Origin: Marinicella sp.
GTDB taxonomy: Bacteria; Pseudomonadota; Gammaproteobacteria; Xanthomonadales; Marinicellaceae
NCBI GenBank assembly: GCA_965230295.1
Contig: OZ246001.1
Span: 2,720,001-2,784,000 of the forward strand
Direction: 5' to 3'
DNA: 64,000 nt
Both the position numbers and the translations under genes were made by a program. The notes beneath the pieces are model-generated. The model was not told the DNA's origin and searched no databases. It saw only the letters and a program-made list of their open reading frames with translations. Positions 53,830 to 63,816 of this stretch are shown one piece after another; the first letter of the stretch is position 1; each line of letters starts with the position of its first letter.

Positions 53830-56775
53830 TTAATCTGACTTTTTGGCTTTGTACAAACCGGGTTTGATCATCTCTGCAGTCACTACCGACTCAGTCTTGG
53901 GTTTGTTGTCAGCCGGTTTGCTTTCGGCTTTGGGTTTGTCAGCCGGTTTGTTCTCGGCTTTGGGCTTATCGGCCGGTTTGTTCTCGGTTTTGGGCTTTTC
54001 GGCCGGTTTGTTCTCGGTTTTGGGCTTGTCGACCGGTTTGTTCTCGGCTTTGGGTTTGTCGGCCGGTTTGTTTTCGGCTTTGGGTCTATCGGCCGGTTTG
54101 TTTTCGGCTTTGGGCTTGTCGGCCGGTTTGTTCTCGGCTTTGGGCTTGTCGGCCGGTTTGTTTTCAGCTTTGGGCTTATCGGCCGGTTTACTCTCGGCTT
54201 TGGGTTTATCAGCTGGTTTGCTCTCAGCTTTGGGCTTATCGGCCGGTTTATTTTCGGCTTTCGGCTTATCGACCGGTTTGTTTTCGGCTTTGGGCTTGTC
54301 AGCCGGTTTGTTCTCGGCTTTTGGTTTATCGACCGGTTTGTTCTCGGCTTTGGGCTTATCGGCCGGTTTGTTTTCGGCTTTCGGCTTATCAGCTGGTTTC
54401 TTATCTACATGTGCTTGATCAACTGGTTTTTGCTTGTTTGCAGTCGAATCCAGCTTGCTGTCCACATCGATGTTGTCAATGGGGCGCGACTTCATGGCTC
54501 CTGATGGCACGATGGGTTCTTTCTTGGCAGCCAAATCTGCCACGCTGCCCAAAGGTCGAGTCATTTTTTTCACAGCATCTGCTTCTGTTTCTACAGCTTT
54601 GTTATGTTGTTGGCCCTGTTTTTGTTGGGCTTTAGGTCCTTTGTTCTGCTGTTGATTTTGGTCAGCGTGTTGCCTGTTGGTATTTTTTTGACCTTGTTTT
54701 GATTGTCCTTGGTTTTGTTGTTTTTGCTGTCCTTTTTGTTGACCTTGCTTAGTCTGTTGCTGCTGTCCTTTGTTTTGTTTTTGGTTAGACGGCTGCTTCT
54801 GACCTTGTTTAGGCTGTTGCTTCTGACCCTGCTTGGGTTGCTGCTTTTGACCCTGTTGCTTCTGGCCATGCTGTTTTTGGCCTTGCTTGGGCTGTTGTTT
54901 TTGACCCTGCTGCTTCTGGCCTTGCTGCTTTTGTCCGTGCTGTTTCTGGGCCTGTTGTTTCTGGCCTTGCTTGGGCTGTTGCTTCTGGCCTTGCTGTTTT
55001 TGACCTTGTTTCTGGTTTTTATGAGGACCTTTGGCGCCTTTATGTTGTTTGCGGTTTTGTTGCTTTTTATGTTGTGGTCGTTTTTTATTGGTTTTTTTCT
55101 TGCCCTTGTTATTGGGTTGAGCAAACAACGATTTAAACCAAGAAGAAATCACCAGAGCAATTGAACGTTTGGGTGCTTGAACATCGGGTTTAACCATGCG
55201 CAGAGCAGGCGATTCTTTGGTCGGTGCAGGTGGATCTAAGGCCACTGGTTTGTGGCAATCTTCAGGCTTGACCAACTCAATTGATTCAACACTGATGTGT
55301 GACTCGTTGGTGTTCAGGCGTTGCACATGGAAATCCGGAAAGCTTAAATTGTCATTTGAAATGACCGACACCTGTACACCGTGTCGAGCTTCCATTTCTG
55401 ACAGTTCTGTTCTTTTCTCATTCAAGATTTTATTGGTTGTATCAACCGGGGCCTGGATCACCACGCGACCTGTTTTGGGTTTGATCATTTCTTCTTCAGT
55501 CAGACGAATGATCGAAATGACCAAAGAATCCATTGAGCGAATGAATCCGTGACCACCACAGGTGGGACAGGTTATTTGACTGGAATCTGATATCGATGAG
55601 CGCAGCCTCTGACGAGACATTTCCAATAAACCGAATTTTGATATTTTACCAATTTGCACCCTGGCACGATCTGATTCAGCGGCATCGCGCATGCGGTTTT
55701 CAACTTCACGCTGGTTTTTGTTGTTACGCATGTCGATGAAATCAATCACCACCAAGCCACCCAGGTCACGAATTTTCAGCTGTCTGGCTATTTCATCGGC
55801 CGCTTCTAGATTGGTGTTCAATGCGGTGGTTTCCACATCAATGCCTTTGGTGGCTTTGGCTGAATTGATGTCAATTGATAGCAAGGCTTCAGTTTGGTCT
55901 ATCACCAAAGCACCACCTGATGGTAATTTAACTTCACGTTCGAACGCAGATTGGATTTGACGTTCAATTTGATAACGTGAAAATAAAGGTGTGTTGTCGT
56001 TGTAATAAGAAAGCTTCTTCAAATTATGCGGCATCACTTGTTGCATGAACTCACGGGCTTTTTCATAAGATTCTCTGTCATCAATCAGAATCTCACCAAT
56101 GTCTGGTTGTAAGTAGTCACGCAAAGCCCTGATAAACAGATCACTTTCCTGGTAAATAAAGAAGGGGCCTTTCTTTTGTTTCGCTGCTGTTTGGATGGCT
56201 TCCCAAACCTGTTTCAAATAATTGAAATCCCAGTGTAGTTCTTCAAAAGTTCTGCCTAAACCGGCTGTTCTGATGATGACACCATCATTTTTTGGAATTT
56301 CAAGGCGACGCATGATGTCTTGCAAAGTCGCTCGTTTTTCACCTCTGATTTGGCGCGAGATGCCACCCGCTCGGTGGTTGCCAGGCATGTAAACCAAGTA
56401 CCTGCCTGCCAATGAAATGTATGTGCTTAAAGCAGCACCTTTATTACCACGTTCTTCTTTGTTGACTTGTACAATGATTTCATCGCCTTCTTTTAGGGCT
56501 TCATTGATGGGTAAACGTGCCTTGCCTTTGGGTGCTTGTTTGCAATAAGCGGGGCTGATTTCTTTATAGGGTAAAAAGCCATGACGTTCTGATCCATAAT
56601 TGACAAAACAGGCTTCTAAAGAGGGTTCTATGCGGGTGATTTTGGCTTTGTAAATGTTGCCTTTTTTGCGGTAATGTCCCGCAGAGTCGATGTCTAAATC
56701 GTAGAGTTTTTGTCCATCTGCAATGGCCACACGAATTTCATCGGTGTGGGTTGCATTGATTAACATTCTTTTCAT
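53830..56775 (-). CDS. rne: Ribonuclease E
   Basis: MKRMLINAT, S1 domain, DINSAKAT, VIDFIDM, CPTC Zn link, amphipathic SWFKSLF; divergent from rluC. Confidence 0.97.
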   Translation of the reverse strand: MKRMLINATHTDEIRVAIADGQKLYDLDIDSAGHYRKKGNIYKAKITRIEPSLEACFVNYGSERHGFLPYKEISPAYCKQAPKGKARLPINEALKEGDEIIVQVNKEERGNKGAALSTYISLAGRYLVYMPGNHRAGGISRQIRGEKRATLQDIMRRLEIPKNDGVIIRTAGLGRTFEELHWDFNYLKQVWEAIQTAAKQKKGPFFIYQESDLFIRALRDYLQPDIGEILIDDRESYEKAREFMQQVMPHNLKKLSYYNDNTPLFSRYQIERQIQSAFEREVKLPSGGALVIDQTEALLSIDINSAKATKGIDVETTALNTNLEAADEIARQLKIRDLGGLVVIDFIDMRNNKNQREVENRMRDAAESDRARVQIGKISKFGLLEMSRQRLRSSISDSSQITCPTCGGHGFIRSMDSLVISIIRLTEEEMIKPKTGRVVIQAPVDTTNKILNEKRTELSEMEARHGVQVSVISNDNLSFPDFHVQRLNTNESHISVESIELVKPEDCHKPVALDPPAPTKESPALRMVKPDVQAPKRSIALVISSWFKSLFAQPNNKGKKKTNKKRPQHKKQQNRKQHKGAKGPHKNQKQGQKQQGQKQQPKQGQKQQAQKQHGQKQQGQKQQGQKQQPKQGQKQHGQKQQGQKQQPKQGQKQQPKQGQKQPSNQKQNKGQQQQTKQGQQKGQQKQQNQGQSKQGQKNTNRQHADQNQQQNKGPKAQQKQGQQHNKAVETEADAVKKMTRPLGSVADLAAKKEPIVPSGAMKSRPIDNIDVDSKLDSTANKQKPVDQAHVDKKPADKPKAENKPADKPKAENKPVDKPKAENKPADKPKAENKPVDKPKAENKPADKPKAESKPADKPKAESKPADKPKAENKPADKPKAENKPADKPKAENKPADRPKAENKPADKPKAENKPVDKPKTENKPAEKPKTENKPADKPKAENKPADKPKAESKPADNKPKTESVVTAEMIKPGLYKAKKSD
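53887..54399 (-). repeat. 30-bp coding tandem repeat x17 (KPADKPKAEN) in rne
   Basis: 16 units of 30 bp plus one of 33 bp, directly visible in the DNA. Confidence 0.95.
54600..55020 (-). repeat. Gln/Lys-rich QKQQG/QPKQG coding repeats in rne
   Basis: Repeated 15/24-bp units encoding GQKQQ and PKQGQKQ. Confidence 0.8.
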
Positions 56776-57289
56776 CTGAGTTCCTTTTGTTCAGGAACGA
56801 TGAACTTTTCAGTGATGCCAAATAAGCATAATTTAACCGCTCAACGGCCCTTGGGGCGAAGAACAGGTGTTGTCGATGTCGCAGTTTCTCTGTGTATCAT
56901 GTATGTCACGCCTGTCACAAAATCATAATGTTGTGAAACAGGCCTGTTACAAACCACTCGCGGTGTTTGTTGTCGCTTATCGTTGGTGAAATTCTGATCA
57001 CCAGTATTCATGTTATTTTTTGACCGATGGCTTTTTGCATGGGTCTCACTGAAATGGACTCGTTCCAATCAGTCGTTGTTTATCATCGGTCCAATGATTC
57101 TGTGCTCCAGCCATTTGTTGTGTGGCATCTCCTTGGAACTAAACAGTTTTAAATCGTATAATTTGTCGCTTAAACAAGTTGTTTTAAGTCGACCATTTTT
57201 CATTACTTGCCAACCTTGGGTTGCAAGATCCGCGAGATTTTAACATTTTTTTCAATGAATCACAGAAATATCTGATAAAACAAGCCATT

Positions 57290-58180
57290 ATGCCTCTTAA
57301 ATCTGACCAAAAACCGATATTTCATGTCACAGAAAATGATGCTGGACAACGCCTTGATAACTATCTGATTAAACAATGTAAGCAGCTAGAAAAAAGCCAA
57401 TGCTACAAACTGATTCGAAAAGGTCAGATCAGGGTCAATGGTAAACGCGCCAAACCTTTACATAAATTAGAAGAAGGCGATCAGATCCGGGTGCCTCCTT
57501 TTGTGTATTTTGTTGACAGTAAAAATGTCAAAGTGCCAGAGGATGAAGTGCAGGCTTTAAAAAGATGCATTATCCATGAAGATGCCAATTTCTTGGTGAT
57601 AGATAAACCTGCAGGCTTGCCAGTTCATACGGGTACTGGCCACGAATTTGGTGTCATAGAAATCGTCAATGCCATGGATGGACTGGCTGGGGTGCAATTA
57701 GCCCATCGCATAGACAAGGACACCAGTGGATGTTTGTTGTTGGCTAAAAACAGACAGGCATTGTTGGCCTTTCAAACCATGATGAAGCAACACCAGGTAG
57801 GCAAAACGTACACAGCGGTGTTGGACGGCGTACTGAAGGATGCTGTTACCATTAATCAGCCATTAGATATTGAAAACAGGGTCGACCGAAAAAGGACTGT
57901 GGTTGTCAGTCCGAAAGGGAAGCCTGCAGAAACCAGAATCACCCCACTTGAACATACAGATTCATTAACAAGGGTGTCTTGCCGAATCAATTCGGGACGG
58001 ACCCATCAAATCAGGGTGCATGCTCAATTCATTGGTAAACCAGTATTGGGTGATGAAATCTATGGTAAGCCAAACCCAGCATTACCCAGAAATTTGTATT
58101 TGCACGCGGCGGTTTTGCAGTTTGCTGGCCATCGGTTTGAGTCCAAGATACCAGTTGAGTTTGATATTTTATTTCCCTAG
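57290..58180 (+). CDS. rluC: 23S rRNA pseudouridine synthase (RluC-like, RluA family)
   Basis: S4 domain GQRLDNYL, HRIDKDTSG catalytic Asp, GRTHQIRVH; divergent from rne. Confidence 0.88.
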   Translation: MPLKSDQKPIFHVTENDAGQRLDNYLIKQCKQLEKSQCYKLIRKGQIRVNGKRAKPLHKLEEGDQIRVPPFVYFVDSKNVKVPEDEVQALKRCIIHEDANFLVIDKPAGLPVHTGTGHEFGVIEIVNAMDGLAGVQLAHRIDKDTSGCLLLAKNRQALLAFQTMMKQHQVGKTYTAVLDGVLKDAVTINQPLDIENRVDRKRTVVVSPKGKPAETRITPLEHTDSLTRVSCRINSGRTHQIRVHAQFIGKPVLGDEIYGKPNPALPRNLYLHAAVLQFAGHRFESKIPVEFDILFP

Positions 58181-58444
58181 TCCTCAATTGAAATGGTCGA
58201 TTTGTTGACAATTTTTTACACTTTCGATCAGTTGCTAATAACCAAAAGTCATATGCCACTGTCAGTGGCAGGTTTTCGCCAACATTTAATCTGTTTTCAC
58301 CTGACAATTCAATATCCGGTCCATCGTTCAGCCCCGATACATTTATAATAATTTTTAGTTCGGGGGTGTGAAAATTGTTGCTCAATTCTTAAGCAATTTT
58401 TTGCATTTAATTTTTATAATTGCTCAATCTTAAGGGGTGTGTGT

Positions 58445-61400
58445 ATGTTCAACAGAAAAAATATGCTGCATATTTTCTGGTCTTCTTTAATTCTATTTTT
58501 CAGTATCAACGCCAAAGCCGATATCATTGGTTCAGTGTACAAAGATTATGATGCCAACGGCAGCCAATCGGCATTGGAATTGGGCGTGGGTGGTGTAGTC
58601 ATCAATGCCTTTGATAACAGCAATACGGCGGTTGGTAATTCGCCTCAAATCTCTGCATTTGATGGTTCATACACCTTAACGGGTCTACCAGCAGGTCAGC
58701 TCAGGCTGGAATACACCCTGCCTGCCGGTGGTGCTTTGTCTTACATTCAACCAGGCTCAGCCGGACAGTCATCAGTGGTCTTTGCTGCTGACGGAGACAC
58801 CGTAGATGTGGGTTTCAATAACCCGGCCGATTACTGTCAGGCCAATCCTGAGGTTGTTGCTGCTTGTTACCTCATCGGTGATCCCTTATCACCGGGATCC
58901 AATGCCAACACCGGTGATGTGATGGCTTCGATTGATTACAACCGATCCTTACCAAACAACATGCCCAATCACGTGGCATTTGGCGCTGAAATGGGCCCCA
59001 CTTGGGGGCTGGCATACCAACGCAGTTCAGAGTCGTTCTTTGCCGCCAATGTACTGAAAAGGCATTCTGGCTATGGTCCATTGGGTTTAGGTGGCATTTA
59101 TCGGGTTGATTATTCTGGCGGCGTTCCCGTGGTCAGTAACTTTGTGGATGTATCGACCATTGGATTGGGTATAGGTGTTGATCCCAGAACAGTACCGGGA
59201 GAGGATCCTCCCAATGGCAACAACCCTGGATTGGATAACTTGACTTATGAAACAGTAGGTAAAGTCGGCATCGGTGACTTGGACATTTCCGAAGACAGTC
59301 AGAACTTGTGGATCATGAGTTTGGGAGATAAAACTGTGTACTCGGTCAATATAGGTTTGGCCGGTAATGTACCCACAGCAGGGGATGTGACTGGATTTGC
59401 TGTGCCTGATCCGGGTTGTGTGGATGGCGATTACCATCCATGGGCCGTGAAATATCACCAGTCTCAAGTGTATGTGGGGGTGGTATGCTCCAATGAAAGC
59501 ATCATGCCATACCCGCCGGCACCACCCATTCCTGGCACCGCTAATTTCATTGATTTCCCCAATTTGTCTGCAACCGTATATGAATTAGATCCTGTGTCTG
59601 GTGTATTCACGAATGTTTTGAATGTACCCTTGAACTACCTCAGAGGTTGTGCCCAAAGTGGTGGTGGTGAAGTGGGTTGCCAATGGTTTCCCTGGACCAA
59701 TTTGGTCACTGAAACCCAAGTTACTTTCAGAGGCAACAGACCCATCCACCCACAGCCTATTCTCAGTGACATTGAATTCTCAGAAGATGGTGACATGTTG
59801 TTGGGGTTCATTGACCGCACCGGTTTGCAATATGGTGTGGCTTCACCAGCGCCTAACACCGTTCCCGGCGACACCAGCATCGGTCAGGCTGTGACTGGTG
59901 GTGAAATGTTGCGTGCCGATTTTGATGGTGTGAACTGGACGCTGGAGTCCAATGGCGTGGTAGGTGGATTGAATGGCGCCGGCGTTGGGAACAACCATGG
60001 TCCGGGTGGCGGTGAGTTTTATTCGTCCACCACCAGTGGTCACACTGAATTGGGTCAAGGTGGTTTGGCTGTCAGGCCCGGCAGTGGTCATTTATTGACT
60101 TCTGCGTTGGACCCAACTGCGATTTTCCAGGGCGGTATTTTGTGGATGAACAGTTTCAGCCCAGGGGCTGGCACTGAATTTGCTGGTTACAGCTTTTATC
60201 AAAACAGCGGTGGTCCAACCTTAGCCAAAGGTATGGGCATCGGCGACCTTGAATTGCGCTGTGACCGGGCTCCCATTGAAGTGGGTAACCGGGTGTGGTT
60301 TGATACCAATGGTAATGGCATTCAAGACCCCAATGAAGCCGTGATTGCTGGTGTGACAGTTACCTTACATGATATGGACAATGGGGGTGCTCAAGTGGGT
60401 TCAGCAGTCACCGATGCCAATGGCTTGTACTTATTTGGTGGTGTTGCTGATATCAACATGACCTCAGGATCGGTCCTTACTCAACGAAACTATGAAGTCA
60501 GGATTGCGTTGACAGATCCCTTGTTGCCCAGCACCGCGGTGACGGCGGTGAATGCCAATGGGGTGATTGACAACAACAACCTGACTGACTTGTCTGACAA
60601 CGATGCCGTCTCTTTGGGTGGAAACGCCGTGATTGCCTTCGCAACTGGGTTAGACGGTGCCAACAACCACACTTTAGATTTTGGTTTTGGCGTGGTCAGT
60701 CTGGGTGATTATGTCTGGTATGACACCAACCAAGATGGCATCCAGGACGGCAGCGAAGTCGGTGTTAACGGCATCAATGTGAACTTATACAACAACGCCA
60801 CTTGTGCAGGCGTACCTGCGGCCAACACGACAACGGCGAATGGAGGTATGCCAGCAGCCGATGGTTTTTATACATTCACAGGGTTAACGACGGGCAATTA
60901 TTGTGTCGAGTTTACTGGATTGCCTGCTGGTTACCAGTTCACAACACAAAATGTGGGTGGGGATGACACCATTGACTCGGATGCCAACACAGCGACCGGC
61001 CAGGTACAAAACATCAACTTAACGGCTGATGACCCCACCATTGATGCTGGGGTGTTCTTGAATGGTTCTGTTGCAGGTCTGACCTGGTGTGAATCTACCA
61101 CCAACCCCAACACGATATATAACCCCGGTGATGGTGACACTGTGATACCCAATATTGGCATCACTTTGTATCAGGATTCCGATTGCTCCAACACCGTCAA
61201 TGGTGCTGAAGCGGGAACCGCAGTTTCTATGGACACGGCCAACCCGGCGGGTACTTATCTATTCAGCAATTTACCAGTTGGTCCAGTGGGCAATCCGATT
61301 TGTTACATCACTGAAGTGGATGTGGCAGATCCTGACTTAGGTCTTTGTGATACTGGAATCACACCAAGCACCTTGGGACCAGATCTGGACACCGCCAACC

Positions 61401-63760
61401 CCAACAGCATTGATAACAATTTTGGTTTTGAGCAAGTACTGATGTTGGGCGATTATGTCTGGTACGACACCAATCAAAATGGCATCCAAGATGGCAGCGA
61501 ATTTGGCGTTAATGGGGTCACCGTTAACCTGTATGACAACGCCACTTGTGCTGGTGCGCCATCAGCAACCACCACCACTGCCAATGGTGGTATGCCAGCA
61601 GCCGATGGATTTTATGAGTTCGCCGGACTGCCACCACAATTTTACTGTGTAGAGTTCACTGGTTTACCGGGTGGTTACCAATTCACAGCACAAAATGTGG
61701 GAGGTGATGACTCCATTGACTCTGATGCCGATACAATCACCGGTCAAGTGCAGAACATCAACCTAACCGCTGATGATCCGACCATTGATGCTGGTGTGTT
61801 CTTGAATGGCTCTATAGCTGGTTTAACCTGGTGTGAGTCGGCCACCAATCCGAACACGGTTTATAACCCCGGTGATGGTGACACGGTGATACCCAATATA
61901 GGCATCACCTTGTATCAGGACAGCGATTGTTCCAATACGGTCAATGGTGCTGAAGCAGGAACCGCAGTTTCTATGGACACGGCCAACCCGGCGGGTACTT
62001 ATCTGTTCAGCAACTTACCAGTTGGTCCTGTAGGTAACCCGATTTGTTACATCACAGAGGTTGATGTGGCTGATCCAGATTTAGGCATCTGTGATACTGG
62101 GATCACCCCAAGCACATTGGGTCCAGATTTAGATACGAATAACCCCAACAGCATTGATAACAATTTTGGGTTTGATGACAACCTGGCATTGGGGGATTTT
62201 GTCTGGTTTGATGTTAACCAAAATGGCATTCAGGATCTTGGTGAACCAGGAGTCAATGGTGTGACTGTGAACCTTTACCAGAATGCCACCTGTACTGGAG
62301 TGCCTGACAGCACCACCACGACTGCCAATGGAGGCATGCCCGCCACTGATGGTTTTTACTTCTTTGTTGGTTTGGACCCGGGTAGTTATTGTGTTGAATT
62401 CACCGGCCTACCCGCAGGCTATCAAATCACTGGTCAAAATGTGGGTGGTGATGACACCATTGATTCGGACGTTGATCCAGTGACCGGTCAAGTACAAAAC
62501 ATCACCTTGTCAGCTGTGGATCCAACCATAGATGCGGGTATATTCCTGAACGGATCAATCGCTGGTTTAACCTGGTGTGAATCTGCCACCAACGCCAACA
62601 CCAATTATGATCCCGGTGATGGCGACACGGTGATCCCTGATATCGGTATCACTTTATATGAAGACAGCGATTGTTCCAATACGGTGAATGGTGCCGAAGC
62701 AGGTACAGCTGTGACCATGGGCACCAACAATCCTGCAGGCACCTATTTGTTCACCGATTTACCGGTAGGACCGGTTGGAAATCCTGTGTGTTACATCACA
62801 GAAGTTGATGTGGCGGATCCAGACCTGGGTATTTGTGACAGTGGCATAACCTCCTCGTCATTGGGCCCTGATTTGGACACCAGCAACCCGGACAGTGTGG
62901 ACAATAACTTTGGCTTTGATGATTTGATCAGCCTGGGTGATTATGTATGGTATGACAACGACCAAGACGGCATTCAGGATGCAGGAGAGCCAGGTGTCAA
63001 TGGCATCACAGTGAACCTGTATCACAATGCCACCTGTTCAGGTGTGGCTGATGCAACCACAACCACTGCAGTGGGCGGGGTTCCAGCGGCTGATGGTTAT
63101 TACGACTTCACCAGCCTAGATCCAGGCCCTTATTGTGTGGAGTTTACAGGCTTACCCGTAGATTATGTCTTCACCTTACCTAACAGTGGCGGTGACGATG
63201 CCGTTGATTCCGATGCTGACACCACCACGGGTCAAGTACAAAACATCAACTTAACAGCTGAAGATCCAACCATAGATGCCGGTATTTATGCCAGCAACGG
63301 CCGGGTGTTGGGCTTGTTGTATTGTGACGATTCGCCTGAGAATGGTGTTCAGGATCCAGGTGAAGCGGTGGCTGGAGTAGACGTCACGCTGTCAAGAGAT
63401 TTTGACTGTAACAACACCGGTGATGCCATCGTTGGTTCAATGGTTACCGATGCCACAGGTGGCTTCCTGTTTGACAACTTGCCAGTGGGCTTGGCACCGG
63501 CACCGCCCAACCCTCAAGTTTGTTACACCTTAAGTTATGACACCAACAATGCCTTATTGAATGACTGTAATGATCCGGTCACACCTGAGACTCAAGTGGT
63601 GACCATAGACACCACAGATCCAGAAGGACCACCCATCACGTTCATTGTGATTCAAGGTGGACCGCCAGTTCCAGTTCCTGTGAATTCTTGGTTGATGCTG
63701 ATGTTCTTATGTTTGAGCATGGTGTTCATGGCTTGGCGCCTGAATCGAGCCAGAAACTGA
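58445..63760 (+). CDS. Giant secreted surface protein with SdrD-B-like repeats and a C-terminal sorting/anchor segment
   Basis: Signal peptide, repeated GD(Y/F)VW.D.N.(D/N)GIQD EF-hand-like loops, terminal TM helix plus basic tail. Confidence 0.85.
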   Translation: MFNRKNMLHIFWSSLILFFSINAKADIIGSVYKDYDANGSQSALELGVGGVVINAFDNSNTAVGNSPQISAFDGSYTLTGLPAGQLRLEYTLPAGGALSYIQPGSAGQSSVVFAADGDTVDVGFNNPADYCQANPEVVAACYLIGDPLSPGSNANTGDVMASIDYNRSLPNNMPNHVAFGAEMGPTWGLAYQRSSESFFAANVLKRHSGYGPLGLGGIYRVDYSGGVPVVSNFVDVSTIGLGIGVDPRTVPGEDPPNGNNPGLDNLTYETVGKVGIGDLDISEDSQNLWIMSLGDKTVYSVNIGLAGNVPTAGDVTGFAVPDPGCVDGDYHPWAVKYHQSQVYVGVVCSNESIMPYPPAPPIPGTANFIDFPNLSATVYELDPVSGVFTNVLNVPLNYLRGCAQSGGGEVGCQWFPWTNLVTETQVTFRGNRPIHPQPILSDIEFSEDGDMLLGFIDRTGLQYGVASPAPNTVPGDTSIGQAVTGGEMLRADFDGVNWTLESNGVVGGLNGAGVGNNHGPGGGEFYSSTTSGHTELGQGGLAVRPGSGHLLTSALDPTAIFQGGILWMNSFSPGAGTEFAGYSFYQNSGGPTLAKGMGIGDLELRCDRAPIEVGNRVWFDTNGNGIQDPNEAVIAGVTVTLHDMDNGGAQVGSAVTDANGLYLFGGVADINMTSGSVLTQRNYEVRIALTDPLLPSTAVTAVNANGVIDNNNLTDLSDNDAVSLGGNAVIAFATGLDGANNHTLDFGFGVVSLGDYVWYDTNQDGIQDGSEVGVNGINVNLYNNATCAGVPAANTTTANGGMPAADGFYTFTGLTTGNYCVEFTGLPAGYQFTTQNVGGDDTIDSDANTATGQVQNINLTADDPTIDAGVFLNGSVAGLTWCESTTNPNTIYNPGDGDTVIPNIGITLYQDSDCSNTVNGAEAGTAVSMDTANPAGTYLFSNLPVGPVGNPICYITEVDVADPDLGLCDTGITPSTLGPDLDTANPNSIDNNFGFEQVLMLGDYVWYDTNQNGIQDGSEFGVNGVTVNLYDNATCAGAPSATTTTANGGMPAADGFYEFAGLPPQFYCVEFTGLPGGYQFTAQNVGGDDSIDSDADTITGQVQNINLTADDPTIDAGVFLNGSIAGLTWCESATNPNTVYNPGDGDTVIPNIGITLYQDSDCSNTVNGAEAGTAVSMDTANPAGTYLFSNLPVGPVGNPICYITEVDVADPDLGICDTGITPSTLGPDLDTNNPNSIDNNFGFDDNLALGDFVWFDVNQNGIQDLGEPGVNGVTVNLYQNATCTGVPDSTTTTANGGMPATDGFYFFVGLDPGSYCVEFTGLPAGYQITGQNVGGDDTIDSDVDPVTGQVQNITLSAVDPTIDAGIFLNGSIAGLTWCESATNANTNYDPGDGDTVIPDIGITLYEDSDCSNTVNGAEAGTAVTMGTNNPAGTYLFTDLPVGPVGNPVCYITEVDVADPDLGICDSGITSSSLGPDLDTSNPDSVDNNFGFDDLISLGDYVWYDNDQDGIQDAGEPGVNGITVNLYHNATCSGVADATTTTAVGGVPAADGYYDFTSLDPGPYCVEFTGLPVDYVFTLPNSGGDDAVDSDADTTTGQVQNINLTAEDPTIDAGIYASNGRVLGLLYCDDSPENGVQDPGEAVAGVDVTLSRDFDCNNTGDAIVGSMVTDATGGFLFDNLPVGLAPAPPNPQVCYTLSYDTNNALLNDCNDPVTPETQVVTIDTTDPEGPPITFIVIQGGPPVPVPVNSWLMLMFLCLSMVFMAWRLNRARN
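60701..63290 (+). repeat. 744-bp (248-aa) intragenic tandem repeat, about 3.5 copies
   Basis: LGD(Y/F)VW units start at 60701, 61445, 62189 and 62933, exactly 744 bp apart. Confidence 0.9.
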
Positions 63761-63779
63761 TCTGAACTGGCTGGCACCC

Positions 63780-63816
63780 AAACACCGGGCCCTGAAATTC
63801 ATGGCCTGGTGTTTTT
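63780..63816 (+). terminator. Rho-independent terminator
   Basis: AAACACCGGGCC...GGCCTGGTGTTTTT. Confidence 0.7.

Noticed and set aside
53887-54399. 30-bp repeats as a CRISPR array
   Set aside because: Head-to-tail with no spacers, in frame within rne, and varying mainly at synonymous positions.
53843-55164. Hydrophobic plus-strand ORFs (ALGLSAGLFS repeats; poly-Leu) and alternate-frame ORF 54591-55124
   Set aside because: Antisense or frame shadows of the rne low-complexity repeats.
58029-58385. 118-aa minus-strand ORF
   Set aside because: It overlaps the rluC 3' end and the promoter of the surface protein; no recognisable features.
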